Assembly: GCF_036321535.1 (NCBI RefSeq)
Contig: NC_087436.1
Span: 106,332,001-106,392,000 of the forward strand
DNA: 60,000 nt
Reading direction: 5' to 3'
Source: Camelus dromedarius
Lineage: Eukaryota
Of this stretch, positions 21,082 through 33,439 are shown piece after piece; positions within the stretch are counted from its first letter, which is position 1; every line of letters starts with the position of its first letter. The notes under the pieces were generated by a model that had not been told where the DNA came from, ran no database searches, and was given only the letters and a program-made list of their open reading frames with translations. A program made the position numbers and the translations under genes.

Positions 21082-23639
21082 CTCTAGAGATATTTCTGAC
21101 ACAAAAGGATGAGAATTTAGGCTTCAAATATCTAAAATAGAGGCTGAATCTATCGGGCCACCTTATTGGGAGATTTCAAATCAGTTTTTAAAGGTTAGCC
21201 TAGATTGCTACCTGATTCAACTCAGCAGGAAAAATCATACCACGTTGCGTGTGAAGTGACTATAATTTATTAGCTCATTAGTCTGGCCTTGAAATCGCCA
21301 TTTCGAGCATTTGCCCAGGCTGACCAAGCTTATAGGCTGAGTTGCTTTTTTACAGACTCAAGGTTTCCCCTCTGCTCTTGGGCACTCATTACAGGAGCTC
21401 GCTGAGCTTACCATGGCCCGGTGCACTTACTGATAAGTAGCTTTTTAACTTGTGCATCCAACGATTTGAAATCTTCCGCTGCCGTCACCTTCCTGGCTGA
21501 TACAGAAGTTCTGCTCTATAAATGAGAAGGACAAAGGAGTGCTGACTGGAGAGCTAAGAAGGAGAAAGACTGACCTGTCACATACACTCTTCTCCTACCT
21601 TCACAGGAGAGTCCAACACCTCCCAGCCACCCGAGGGCTTCACAGGGCAACGGGCATCACCAAACAGCCAAGATGAAGTGACAGAGGCTAATTTTCCCCA
21701 AAGCCATGCTGGGCTGGTTTACCCCCACTGAGGAGACCGGGAGGATTCTCAATGTCTAATCTCTTAAACTTCCCCGTGTCTTATCACCGCCGTCTGTGGA
21801 GTTAATAATCCTACCGGCCAGTGGAGAAGGTTTTTCCATTCAGGGGTATGTTGGACACATTCAAACACCAGCATCATTACTGAAATATGCAAGAAGGGCA
21901 CATTTCATTTTACCTTGGACTTGATGCCTGCAAATAATTTGGATGCTGGGCAGCCGACTCAAATATCCTGATGGATTTTTATCCGACCAGGTGTTCACTC
22001 TGTTCCCGGCTTCGTTCTCTGTCAGCAAAGAGCCCCTCCTCAGGTTGACTCCATTGCAGAAGGCCATATGGTGGGCCATGCCTACCCTCAATCAGTGCAG
22101 TCACATTTGCATTCATTCCCCGATGAGATAGTAAGGGGTGGGGGATCCTCTCCAATGCCGAGAACCTTGTGCTTGGAGCAGAATGGAACACAGAGTGATA
22201 AAGGCTTCATTTTTAAAATTTTTTTCCTAAGTGAAGGGTACTAGCTAAAGTCATTTATTTGCATACTGGAGTTCTAGGATATGTCCCAAATTCTGCTCCT
22301 TCTGTCAATATTAATAAACCCTTTGGGTATAAAGCATACTAACAAACATAGTCTTCAAGAAATTAAGGCAGCTAGGATTCTGTTTGGGTGTATCTCTACT
22401 AACATTTTTCTAGCCTCCCTTGGTGGGAAGGGCATATTAAATCTATTAATCTATTTTACTTTTAATCTATCTGTTAATCTACTTTTATTTTATGCGTGAG
22501 TCTCTTCTAAAGACAATTCCATTTTATAAATTTAAGCACTTTTTAGAAGTGATTTTACTATAAATATTGCAAGTACAAAAACTATATTTTCTATTACCTA
22601 TTTTCCATTAGCTTTATTTTCTATTAGCAAACATATTTCTATAAGAAAAAATAATTTATATTTCTGTATTTCTATTTTTTTATAGAAAGGGCAATGAGTC
22701 ACACTCACAAACATAGGTACTGATATCCACATAAGACCATTTATTTGAAAACTGCACTGCACTTGAGCAAAATTGATCCCATGAAGGTTAAATGAATTGT
22801 CAGAGTAGATTACAGCTGATACAGATACATTTACTTAAAGCAAAGCAGAATTTTAAACAAGGGAAAGAAAATTCTGAGTTATAAACTTGAAAACTATGTT
22901 TAGGCCCCTGGGTTCATATCTGTTTTTGCTATAAATATGTGGTTGGTCTGAAGTCAAGTTCTCAGCTGTTTTAAATCTCCATACACTAATTTACAAGTTT
23001 ATCTTACTGGGGTTTTATGAAAATTTCATAAGGATTTCAGATTATATATATTTTTTCCTCCTATAAAAATGCTTCTATTTTTATTGTAACTACAATCTTC
23101 TGTACAGTAAAAATGATCAGTAGGTAAAATGAAAAGTAAGCAGAATGATGATTGTTGTTAAAATAATCCAATACTTGGAACTTAATTTAAATTTGAATCG
23201 AATGAGCTTAAATCCTTTGTGCTTTTCACATGTAATTCAACAAGTATAACTCTCCATTCCTCCATAAGATAACTGTTTCTTAAACCATAGAAAGTTGTTT
23301 CACAGCTCTTTACTTCTCTTATTTGCAGTGTCTTTATTTAAATGCACACCCAGGAATGGGTTGCCAGCAACCAAATACATCAATTGCAAAACTACTACAA
23401 TTTTGAGACCCTGACTGGACAGTGTAATCAACCTAAACTCAACGTCCCTCTCTCCTTTTGTCATCATTCCATATTCCCGCCATATTGGCAATCCACATTC
23501 TCTAAAGACCAGAAGGTGCTGATTCTTTCTTGCACACATAGAATTTGATTAATGCAACTATAAATGTCATCTCTAAATAGGTGTCCTTTTTGTTATCTGC
23601 ATATCTGTCTAAAAGAGTGCTCTTTTAGTCATTTTTGTT

Positions 23640-23825
23640 TTGTTTTGTTTTTTTCTCTATGACATTTATCACTGCCCCACAATGTTCCCTCTCTCCCATC
23701 AGACTGCAAAGGGCACAAGGGCAGGGTCTTTTCTCCCTCTGCTGTTGTACCCTCAGGATCTAGAATCATGCCCAGACAGTTGTAGACACTTAATACACAT
23801 GGGCGTGAATGAATGAATAAATATG
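23640..23825 (+). mobile_element. L2 3' end
   Basis: tctcccatcagactgcaa...gggcagggtct...tgcccagacagttgtagacacttaata...gaatgaatgaataaa. Confidence 0.75.
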
Positions 23826-23924
23826 TGATGGGTTCTGATGAAAACAACTTAGAATTTATCTGATTTGATCCCTCCTTTATACAGATGTGGAAATCAGGCT
23901 AAAGATGATTTGTTAAATTGATTT

Positions 23925-24300
23925 CCTTTCCATTTATTTATTCCTCAAATCTCTTGTTCATCTATCACATATTTATTGAACACCTACTACCTACCGTGCA
24001 TGGTGTTAACTGATGTCACTACTAGAGGAAAATAAAACAGAGACCCTGCCTTAAGGGAGGTCAGCGTTGGTGGGGGAAACAGACACAGGAAAATAATGAC
24101 TCTGTGGGCATCATTGTGCCATGAGGATAGAGAGAGAAACAAAGGAAACTTTGAGAGATGGTGACTGGGGGGGCTGAGCGCTGAGAGAGGAGGAGGCCAG
24201 TGACGATGACAGTAAAGGAGGTTGTAGGCAGAGATGAGCGACTGCAAAGCCACAGCTCACATCAGGGACTCAAGTGGCTCAGTGTGATGAGTGCATGAAG
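23925..24300 (-). mobile_element. L2 3' end (antisense)
   Basis: catatttattgaacacctacta...ccctgccttaaggga... Confidence 0.65.
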
Positions 24301-24319
24301 CGGCTCTGGGAGGGAGTAT

Positions 24320-24500
24320 ACCTTAGTTGGTAGGCTGTGGGCTCTGGAGTCAAAACACCTGGTTCAAATCCAGGCTTCACGTCTATTGTTTGTGAGCTCT
24401 GTAACTCTGGGCACCTGAAGCTCTTTATGTCTCAGTTTCCTTATCTGTAAAATAGAAATAAGAGAACTTAACCTCATACAGTAATCTGGAGCCAAGATGA
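24320..24500 (+). mobile_element. MIR SINE
   Basis: gggctctggagtcaaaacacctggttcaaatccaggct...tctcagtttccttatctgtaaaatag. Confidence 0.85.
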
Positions 24501-24818
24501 AAAGAAATACATTTGCACCTTCTAGTTGATAAGAACTTAACAAAAGTTTGGGGCTGTTCTTATCAGGATTATCATTAGGAAATGGTGCAAGAAGAAATTG
24601 GTAAGGTGGGTATGGGGAAGCCAAAGAATTTAGCATTTGAATCTTATTCTGTGTGCCCCGGGCCACCACTGAGACGAGGGTGAGTTAGGGAGGGAGATAT
24701 TTGGATTTTATTTTAATTTAAAGAGAAAAGTCCTAGATTGCCAAATAGAGGAAAGACTTCAGAGAGAAGGAACTGAAGACTAGAAGATGTTTGGAAGATG
24801 TTACTGGGCAATGACATT

Positions 24819-24874
24819 GAGGATGGAGAGGAGGCAGAGAAGAGGCAGAGAGGAGGCAGAGAAGAGGTGGAGAG
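24819..24874 (+). repeat. Purine-rich 11-bp tandem repeat (GAGGCAGAGAR), about 4-5 copies
   Basis: gaggcagagaa/gaggcagagag/gaggcagagaa/gaggtggagag at 24831-24874, with a degenerate copy before. Confidence 0.8.
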
Positions 24875-25039
24875 GAAGCTCTAGAAGGAGAATTCAGAGA
24901 TGGTGCAATAAGGATGGGGGAGGGGACTCGAAGCTTCCCAGCTTTGACCGTGTGCTTCAGTGAGGTCACTAACCAAAGCCCTGGATACAGGAAAATTAGC
25001 ATCTTTAGAGGTTGCTTAGGAGAGCATTGTAGTGTAGAG

Positions 25040-25207
25040 CTTTGCTCTGCAGAGTGTGCTGGTCCAGGGATCAGCAGCATCAACATCACCTAGGAGTTTG
25101 ATTGAAACTCAGAAGTTCCAGAGCTCACCTCAGACCTCCTGGATCAAAATTGCATTTAACCAGATCCCCAGGTGATGTGTATGTACATTAAAATTAGAAG
25201 AGTACTA
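25040..25207 (+). mobile_element. MER5A1-like hAT-Charlie MITE
   Basis: cagcagcatcaacatcacctaggag...cagacctcctggatcaaaattgcatttaaccagatccccaggtgat...tacattaaa; flanked by gtgtagag and gtccagag. Confidence 0.85.
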
Positions 25208-25215
25208 GTCCAGAG

Positions 25216-26094
25216 CGGTTTTGCCCCCTACCTCCCCCCTGACCAGATCTAGCCCACTGTCTGTTTTTGTTTTAGCCTGAGAGCTAAGAATGCTATTTTT
25301 TTGAAATATAGTTGATTTACAATATTCTGTTAATTTCAGATGTACAGCAAAGTGAGTCGGTTATAGATATATATGCATGTCTCTATATTCTTTTTAAAAA
25401 ATTATTTCCTGTTATAATTTATTACAAGATATTGCATATACTCTCTGGTGCTATACAGTAAATCCTTGTTTATGGATTTTATATATGGTAGTGTACATCT
25501 GTTAATCTCATACTCCCAATTTATCTCTCCCCCATTCCCCTTTGGTAACCATAAGTTTGTTTTCTATGTTGGTGAGCCTATTTCTGTTTTGTAAATAAGT
25601 TCAATTAAACTATTTTTTATATTCCACATATAAGTGATATCATATAGTATTTGTCTTTGTCTGGCTTTCTTCACTTAGTATAATAATTCCTAGGTCCATC
25701 CATGTTGCTGCAAATGGCATGATTCCATTCTTTTTTATGGCTGAATAGTATTCCATTGTATATATGTATATATACGTGTGTATATGTTTCACATCTTTTT
25801 TATCATTCATCTGTTGAATAATTTTTATATTTTTAAAATGATTGAAAAAGGAAGAATACAATTTAAAAATATTAAAATTATATGAAATTCAAATTTCAGA
25901 GTCCTTAAATGAAATTTTACTGGAACACAGACCTACTCATTCCTGGACACATTGTCAAAGGCTGTTTTTGCTCTACAATCGTTGTGTTCAGTAGCTAGTT
26001 GCCACAGAAAACATACAACCCACCAAGCCAAAAATATTTACCAAAATATTAGCCAAAAAAATACGTGGCTCTTAACAAAGTTTCCTGACTTCTG
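25216..26094 (+). mobile_element. MER58B-like hAT MITE split by an L1 insertion
   Basis: 5' part (cagatctagcccactgtctgtttttg...gagctaagaatg) and 3' part (atatgaaattcaaatttcag...ttactggaacacag...aagccaaaaatatttac...aaagtttcctgacttctg). Confidence 0.8.
25296..25816 (-). mobile_element. 5'-truncated L1 (cetartiodactyl-type 3' end)
   Basis: tagttgatttacaat...gtacagcaaagtga...gctatacagta...ccctttggtaaccataagtttg...ggtccatccatgttgctgcaaatggc; the minus-strand ORF ends in the L1 ORF2 C-terminal motif MEYYSAIKKN...FAATWMDL. Confidence 0.92.
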
Positions 26095-26099
26095 ATTTA

Positions 26100-26335
26100 G
26101 AGAAAGGACTTGGGAGTTAGGAAGACCTAAGTTCTGGTCCTACTGCTGCTCTTTGTCCACATGCAGTTGCCTAAAATCTCTCTGTTTTGATTTTTTTTCA
26201 CTTATAAAATGAAGATACAATTTCCAGCCCATGGAATCATGTGAGTAAAGGGGAATAAGGCACCTATTCTATGTACCCCGAAGACTAGCACACAGTAAGT
26301 GCTCAGTACATATCAGCGATTATTCTTATTATTAC
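26100..26335 (+). mobile_element. MIR SINE
   Basis: ggacttgggagttaggaagacctaagttctggtcct...tataaaatg...gcacacagtaagtgctcagta. Confidence 0.75.
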
Positions 26336-28979
26336 TCAATAAAAATATTAATAAATGAGGTACATCCCAGGCCTTTTACTTTACTCCTGTATGTTTCTCA
26401 CCAATGCAGAGTTCCTTTCAGGTACATCTAACACTGCTGTGTTTACCTGAATATTCACTCTAACTTACCAAGATTTCTGCCCTTGCCCAACTAACCAATT
26501 TTAGAGGAATGCATAGTAATAAAGAAAATTGTTCCTTTACATCAGTAGTTAAGCCTGTCATGAATAATGATATTAATAACCTACAATGTGGTATAGATAC
26601 TAGGGAGAAATTTATTTTGATATTTTTATGCCATCATAATGAATTTCTTTGTTATTCATTGTAACTCTACATTCAAGGCATAAATCAACGTTGTTTTATA
26701 TTCTGGGCAGATGCTGTGTGTATTTCCAGAGGTTTTCTAGGGTAAAGAATTAACATTTATTAGTAGTAACACAAGTATGGGGTGTTTTGAATACGTTTTA
26801 AAAGCATCAATAAAAGAAAATCACCATCTTGGCTAGTTTTCCCATTTTGAGGGAATGCTGCAAATAACCACACTGGTATTTAATCCTTGGACCTTGATTT
26901 GAACTTAAATTGAATGTAGATAAACATTTTGGTTATCTCCTCAATTGAAGTATAACTTTTCCTCAAAAGAAAGATGCTGTTTCAAGAAAAATGAAATGTT
27001 CCTGCCTTTTTACCTCTGCTTTTTCTTATTAGCTACACTCTGATATCTCTTCTAGCAAATACTGATATCCAGGGACGCTTGATGCAAAGAGCAAGACAAC
27101 AGCAGAACTGAGAATTTATGTGCAGCTGTTTCCTGGTAGTGAATATAATACTAGGCTCTGGTGTTAAGTATCAGATAATTTCCGTGGATCTTCAATTATT
27201 GTAAATATCTTTTCTTAGAACCGCCTCTTAGGAGTTAGGAAATAGAGAAACCAGACTCAGCTTTCTAACATGTTATAATTATTACAAAGGAAAAAGAACA
27301 GAATATTGCCTCTTCATAGGAAACAGTCTATTTCTTCACAACATTGTAGAGATAAATACATACATGCTTTCTATTTCTATTCTTATTCTCCATCTTAATT
27401 TGCTTTGTTAATGAGCATTTATATTTCTTATTGGCGTCTATTAGAATTATGCCAAAAATTATGTTATGTAATTATTGAGAATATTTCAAGCTTTTATTTA
27501 AACCTCTTCAAATTAAACATTTAATTGTGAGCTCGTTCTAGAAGATCTTAAATGTAAACAGTATGAAAGAAACTTCTAGAATTCTTTAAAATATAAAAGA
27601 ATATATATTACATTTAAATTACAAATAGTACAAAATTGTCCAAAAAAAGCCTTTAAAATGACCATACTTAACACATATGTTTTTGTTTACTAACATATTA
27701 ATAAATGTGCAATTAAGTAGTGAATATGCAATATATAAAAGCTGGATATTACCACAGTTAGCATCACTAAACTACCAGAGTGAAAAAAAAATAAGTGTGC
27801 TGATTTTCTGCACCACATTTAGTATGCTGAATTTGCTATGAAGACCTCATCTTCTCATTCCTTTCTTTTCCATCCTAGAAACACTAATGTAGTCAAAATT
27901 TGATAATGTAAATTTCAACTTGGCCAAGCAAGATAGCCAGCATCCATAAGCAATTTAAATTCTTAGTTGTGAAGTTGCTATGAAGAGTTAAAAAAATAAA
28001 AACAAAACTGTAGGGGGTTAGGTGGATAACTGATGATATAGAGGAAAAAAAACATATTTCAAAGGAAATTTGACTGAATATTTCTTACTGGAAAGCGTAG
28101 TCTTATGAAAACTCTTTGAAACAATGAATGCACTGTTCTAATTTGAAGCACTTTTATCATATGAGGTTACTGGAATACTATTGTATATTTCCACATGTGA
28201 CAATGTAGCCTTGTGTTTTCTTCTTGGCACGTAGCTCTTAGAGTTTCTAACTTTGGAAGGTGAAGTCGTTTGACAACTTGAATCCATTGTAAAATGGCCA
28301 CCATTTCTTTTGCTACCCAGTTTTCCGTCTGTGGACATAAGAAATGCCATGGTTCAGATAATTAAAAAGGAACAAACATCTGAGTGGGCTTTGGATGTTC
28401 AGGGAAATAAAGTTCTGGTCACTTCACTGGGGATTTTGCTCTATAGTCTAATGATGCAGACCCTGGACATTACAGTAAAAGGGAGGGGCTAATCATTCAA
28501 ACGTCTGCATTAAACACCTGCAGGATTGTATACTTAGTATGGTTCGAGCCAAACCAACGTGGCTTTATAATAAAGTTCTTCTCTCTGCTTCTGTAACACA
28601 ATAATGCTTTGTTTTGGGTGGTTACTAAGATGTTTATTCAAAAGGAATAGCAATAAAAATGCTGGATAGCTGCTTTGCAATTACAGCTGCTAAAACTCAT
28701 AGTTGACCAAACATGTCTTTGGAAAGGTGCTGTCATGTTTCTTTTACGTGTTTCGTGAGGATAGACCCAATACATTTAGCTTATGACCTGCTTGGAAAAG
28801 CTCATCAGAGAGAAAGCTATTTCCTTCTAGTCCTGCCTAGTTTATTTTTTTTATTTCTGCTTTTGGAAAGAAAGACTCAATGTTTAGACTCAGTTATAGG
28901 AAAATTTCATGTCTCCCAGGGAGGTAGGCAGAAGGGAAAGAAAGCAAGTTTGTCCATCAAATCATCACATAATATGTTA

Positions 28980-29660
28980 GAATTGGCTCATGGGCAAGGA
29001 TTTCTGTGGGACTCAGAATCGACACAGATTGTTTGAATGAAGAAACTTTAATGAAGGGTCTCCTTATAGAGGAGTGAGCTTGTAAAGAGAAGAGACAGGC
29101 ATGTTAGTGCATCAAGAAGCTAGCCCAAACTGGAAGTCTTCAGCAGAGAGGGGACTTACCAGCGAAACATGTGTAGGATTCAGGGTTCCTCATTATACAG
29201 ACTGTTTCCAAGGTCCTGAGAGAGGTCTGTGATATGTTCCCATGGTCATATATTTTTAAATAAAATTTAAAAATTGAATTTTGCAAGTTTTGGGCTCCAT
29301 AAAACCTAGCTAAGCCTAGGACCACAGGAAAAGGAGAGGACACAGTGTTACCCCAAGAGAGGTGATGTCATGGGGTTAAGGGAGGGAGTGGGGAGCCACT
29401 TAATCAGAGGTGACGTTGTAGAGGGACACAGCTATGGCTAAGAAGGCAGCCCAGAAACAGGGAGGGAGTGGGAGAGAAATGCCTTGAATCTCTCTCATCA
29501 CCCCTTTGGTTTCCTGATGACTCTTTCTTTTGGCTGAATCCTACATGGAGCTCCCAGGCAAAAAGCCCAGGTGAGGCTATATGCACACGGGCATCCTCAG
29601 GTGTAGAGTCAAGCAGACAAGGATGAGGAACGCATTGGAGGGGTTGAGGAGGGAGGGGAG
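28980..29660. mobile_element. Old ERV LTR (LTR78/79-like) interrupted by a DNA transposon
   Basis: gaagaaactttaatgaaggg...agaagctagc...ttggctgaatccta...ggcaaaaagcccaggtga; subfamily tentative. Confidence 0.5.
29144..29320 (+). mobile_element. MER53-like hAT element nested in the LTR
   Basis: cagagagggacttacc...ttcagggttcctca...ttccaaggtcctg...catggtcatat...gggctccataaaacct. Confidence 0.65.
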
Positions 29661-30639
29661 GCAGAAGACTAACCCGCAAAATAGTGAAAAATAAAATGAA
29701 CATTGTATCCTGCTTTCCAATTCAGGTATTTGAAATATACAATTTCATGTTTTAGATTCTCTTCTGGAGACCCCTGTGAGCCTGTGAATGGGGGAGGGTG
29801 TTCTTAGGGAAGATTGTGAGAAGAATAATATGCAATATAATGTTTAAAGTTGTGCTGTAGACTTTAGTTTGTACAAGAGCCTTGGTTAAACCAGAACACA
29901 CAGGACAACCATGGGCCAGTGTGTCCCACGTGGTAAATTGTGATGAGAAAGTGGAAGGAAATGACCATGAGTTATAAACAGAATTATTCAATCTACAGAC
30001 ACTTTCCAGATGAACAACTACCTTTCAGCCTGAGCTTTCGTTAATAACTGTTCAAATATTTACACATATCACTGATTAATAGGGTAGGAATGTTAGACTT
30101 CTGAAGCGTCATCCTGGAGGTGAAGGCAGTGGCTTTCCTGGTAGGGCAGAAGGGAGAGGATTTACTTTTTCATAAATGGGTTCTAGATTGAGAGACTGCA
30201 AATTACTCCAATCAATAAACTGAGGAGGTGAGAGCAGGATTGCTACACTCCAGGTTTTTCCTTCTAAACTCTAAAGTAGTGTTTTGTGAGTTTCAGTCAA
30301 AGGATGCTTTTCAGCATCCCTGAGGCTGTTGTCTCCATCTTTGTGTGTATCCCGCTGTTCCTTATTTGGGTAATAGATGCTTTCTTCGGAAACTACCGTA
30401 AGCCTGGGCTTTACAAATGGGAATGCATTTTGCTTGTCTGTTTTGATCTTCATTTTAAGAAAAAACTGTGTGATGTATTGATGGTAAAGTAAAGAATCCT
30501 CGGATAGTTCGTGGCACCATTTCTCCTATTCTTAGGTTATCTGTTTGTCATACTCCCTAGCCTCATGTCCCAGACTTTGCTTTCATGTTTATTTTCCAGT
30601 AAAAAGGAACGGCGTCTCGCTCTCTGGAAGGGTTCCGTG

Positions 30640-30920
30640 TAGGGTCTTGTTAGTGCTGCTCCCTCTGCCTGGCATCCCCTTCCTGTTTCCTGGTCCCTCA
30701 TCTTGACTCAAACCTGGCATCCCTTATAGGAAACCATCCCCCAGTTCTCTGTGGACCTCTATCTCATCATTTACTGGTCATGTATCACATCATGTCTGTG
30801 TGTTTGACTTTGCCTCCTGGACCATGTGGCTTTCCAAGTCAGGGAAAGTCTAAAGTCCCATCCGTATCCAGAGTGTGCAGGACCTGGCACGAAGCAGATC
30901 ATCAATAAGCATTTGTTGAA
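30640..30920 (+). mobile_element. L2 3' end
   Basis: tgctgctccctctgcctgg...cctcctggaccatgtggc...acctggcacg...caataagcatttgttgaa. Confidence 0.7.
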
Positions 30921-31289
30921 CTGGCCAATTGTATAATCGTACGAATTTCATTTTCCCCAGAGCAAGAAACGCTATGTAATCCTCAAGGTAGCTCTAGTGT
31001 CCTAGTTAAAACTTAGTCCAATGTGTAAAATTTAATTATCTCTCTCTGATTAATTGGCTCCTGAGATGACTTTCGGATTTTCCCTGTGCTTGGGGTAAAA
31101 TTAGACCAGTAAGTGTCCGCTTCAACACACTAAGCTACCTGAAGGACTAAGTTGTACTTTTTGTTAAAACTAAATTGCAGTGTTAGGTAATACCTTTTAT
31201 ATGAAGTAACAGAGAAGGGAACCAACCTTGATTATCACTACAAGCCACGTCCCCAGTGAGTCAGGTGGTGATAAAAGTGCCCGTTATCA

Positions 31290-31460
31290 CACTGGATTCT
31301 CAAGCCTACTCTGTCATTTGGAGAGAATAGAGATCTTATTGTCATTTTTTTTCTTTTAGCCACAAGAGATCAAGCCATTTTCCCAAGGTCGCCATTTTGG
31401 AGGTAGCAGGATTTGAACCCTGATCTTCCTGAGTCAGGTCCAGTGCTTTCTACTCATTAT
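31290..31460 (-). mobile_element. MIR fragment
   Basis: cccaaggtc...ggatttgaaccctgatcttcctgag...cagtgctttc (antisense B box). Confidence 0.55.
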
Positions 31461-33174
31461 TCTAAGATGTCTCAGCACTGAGAGAAGTTCCACCATGATC
31501 AGGCATTATTTTTCCTTTCATCTGACCAACACGCGATGACCTCATGTAGCTTTCAAGTGGTTTTGGTCTCTTCCTAAAGGCCATCTCGTGTACTGGGCAA
31601 ACGATGTACATATTCCTCAATTTAATGAGAGTTGGCCTTGGAGGTAGTGTTGGAGAGGAAAGAAGTCTATGGAAGAGGTCGATAGAGAAATGCTAGAGAT
31701 TGATCATATATTGAATATAGAGCTTTTCTTAGGGTAAGAAAACAGACTCTTGAAGACAAGTTTCTCAGGGAAGATTTTTATCAGTGTTGCTAAAAATGCA
31801 TGGGCTCTCTATCCTTCTAGCAAGTGAATTGAAAATCTACTTTGGGTCTAAACCTATGATGAGTCAATTTGCCAATGAAGTGTTTTGGGGTTGGACTATT
31901 TCCTATCTGCTTTTCTAAGTACCCGAGTGTTTTATACCTAGCGAGGCATCATCCATTTCAGAGGAGAGCCCTTTTGAAATGGGTTTCCGTCTAAACTCAG
32001 TCACATTTTTAGTGCCCGGTGAAATTCATTTGAATAATGGGCTTTATTTTCTGCGTGCTTTCAGCAGAATTGTGAGCATGGAAAGAAAACAAGGCAGATT
32101 TGTAGGGTAGCTGCAAAGTGAAAAATATGCATTTGAGTGAGCGATGGCATGTGGTTGTTTTCATTCCTCCAGCCTCTAATGGCTCCTTCCCCAGGGTTCC
32201 ATGGATGGGGGAAGGGGTGGCTCCTGTCCTTGAATTCACATCAGGACACTGTGACACTTCAGAATATAGATTGAAGGGGGAAAAAAAAACAATGAGATTT
32301 GCAAAGTCTAAAGAGACCTGGCAAAATGGAATCCATTTGCTTAAAATGGTAGGGAGTTTATTTACTGGATTAAGTGTGAGGTATGTTGATAACAGATGGA
32401 AGGAATGATCACATGACACACTGAAATAGTCTAAGGATAACCTCGATGTCCTGGTCAATGTTCCTTCTCTCGATTAATGCCAGTGCTAATTAACTGGCAC
32501 AAGTGTTCCTAGCCATATGGGGGATGTTGCGGAAAGCCGGCTGGCAGCCTATATGCAGCCACTACCTGTACGTAATTTAGTGTTTTGCTCAGTGCTTTGG
32601 GACTTCCGTAATGGAACGGCCCAGCACAGAGAGAGCCGACAGTTGCAAGCTTCATGATGTTTTCCTTTGTTTCTTTTGTGCACATCATCCCACGTGTGGT
32701 TGGATAAATTAGAAATTGTGTTGACTTTTTGGCGGATGAGCGAAGCTGTACTTGATCCATGTCTGTATGTGGGCTCCTTGAGTTTCTGATGGGTCTGTTA
32801 ATTGATCTTTATTCTGACTTCCTAATAATGGGCAGCTAATTCAGAAATGATCTTCGTTGAACCAGTACTGTGCCATTCAGCTCTCTAACTGCCTTGTGAC
32901 TTGAAATACACAGAGAAGAACTAGTTTAGGCCAATAGAGTGATGTGGTTTGGGAGTTAGATTCTAAGTCCCTCTCTAGCTGCGATTCTCAGAAGAAGCAG
33001 ATGTGCTGGGGGGAGAGAGCACTGGATCTGGAGTTGCATAATTTGGGGAAGAATCCCACCCTTTTGGCTCTGGGAACTCCAAAGTTCTGGCTTGGGAAAC
33101 AGAAGGTTTAGCTCTGACAATGTCCACCAGTCTTCACCAAGCCAATTCAAATAAGAGTAAAACTGAAGCCAAAA

Positions 33175-33305
33175 TAGGATGCCCATGTAATTTAGCATCA
33201 AAATGGAACACTTAAAAGTGAAAAGAGGAGTTCATAATCATTACTGAGGGACCACTGGCATGAACCAGGTCTGCCCTGAAGACACTGGGATGTGTGGTGT
33301 CCCTA
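33175..33305 (-). mobile_element. MER94-like hAT-Blackjack MITE
   Basis: Terminal inverted repeat-like ends taggatgcccat / gtggtgtcccta; internal acacttaaaagtgaaaagagg...cattac...gggaccactggc. Confidence 0.75.
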
Positions 33306-33439
33306 AGTAAATAGAAATATTCTCTCTGCAAATACAGCTTCAAGACAAGCCCCCGAGAGCTTCCTAGTCCAGCTGGGCTTCAGCCCCCCAGGGGCTCCCA
33401 GGTAGGAATTGTGAAGCCTTCATTGCATCGGGAGCAGAT

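Noticed and set aside
23640..24300. Tail-to-tail L2 pair as a miR-28/95-like precursor
   Set aside because: The tails are about 100 bp apart with a MIR-like fragment between them and pair poorly.
25640..25861. ORF with MEYYSAIKKN...FAATWMDL
   Set aside because: This is the C-terminal remnant of L1 ORF2 in a truncated L1, not a host gene.
31953..31982. 12-bp hairpin ccatttcagagg...cttttgaaatgg
   Set aside because: Short, dependent on G-U pairs, and expected by chance in 60 kb.
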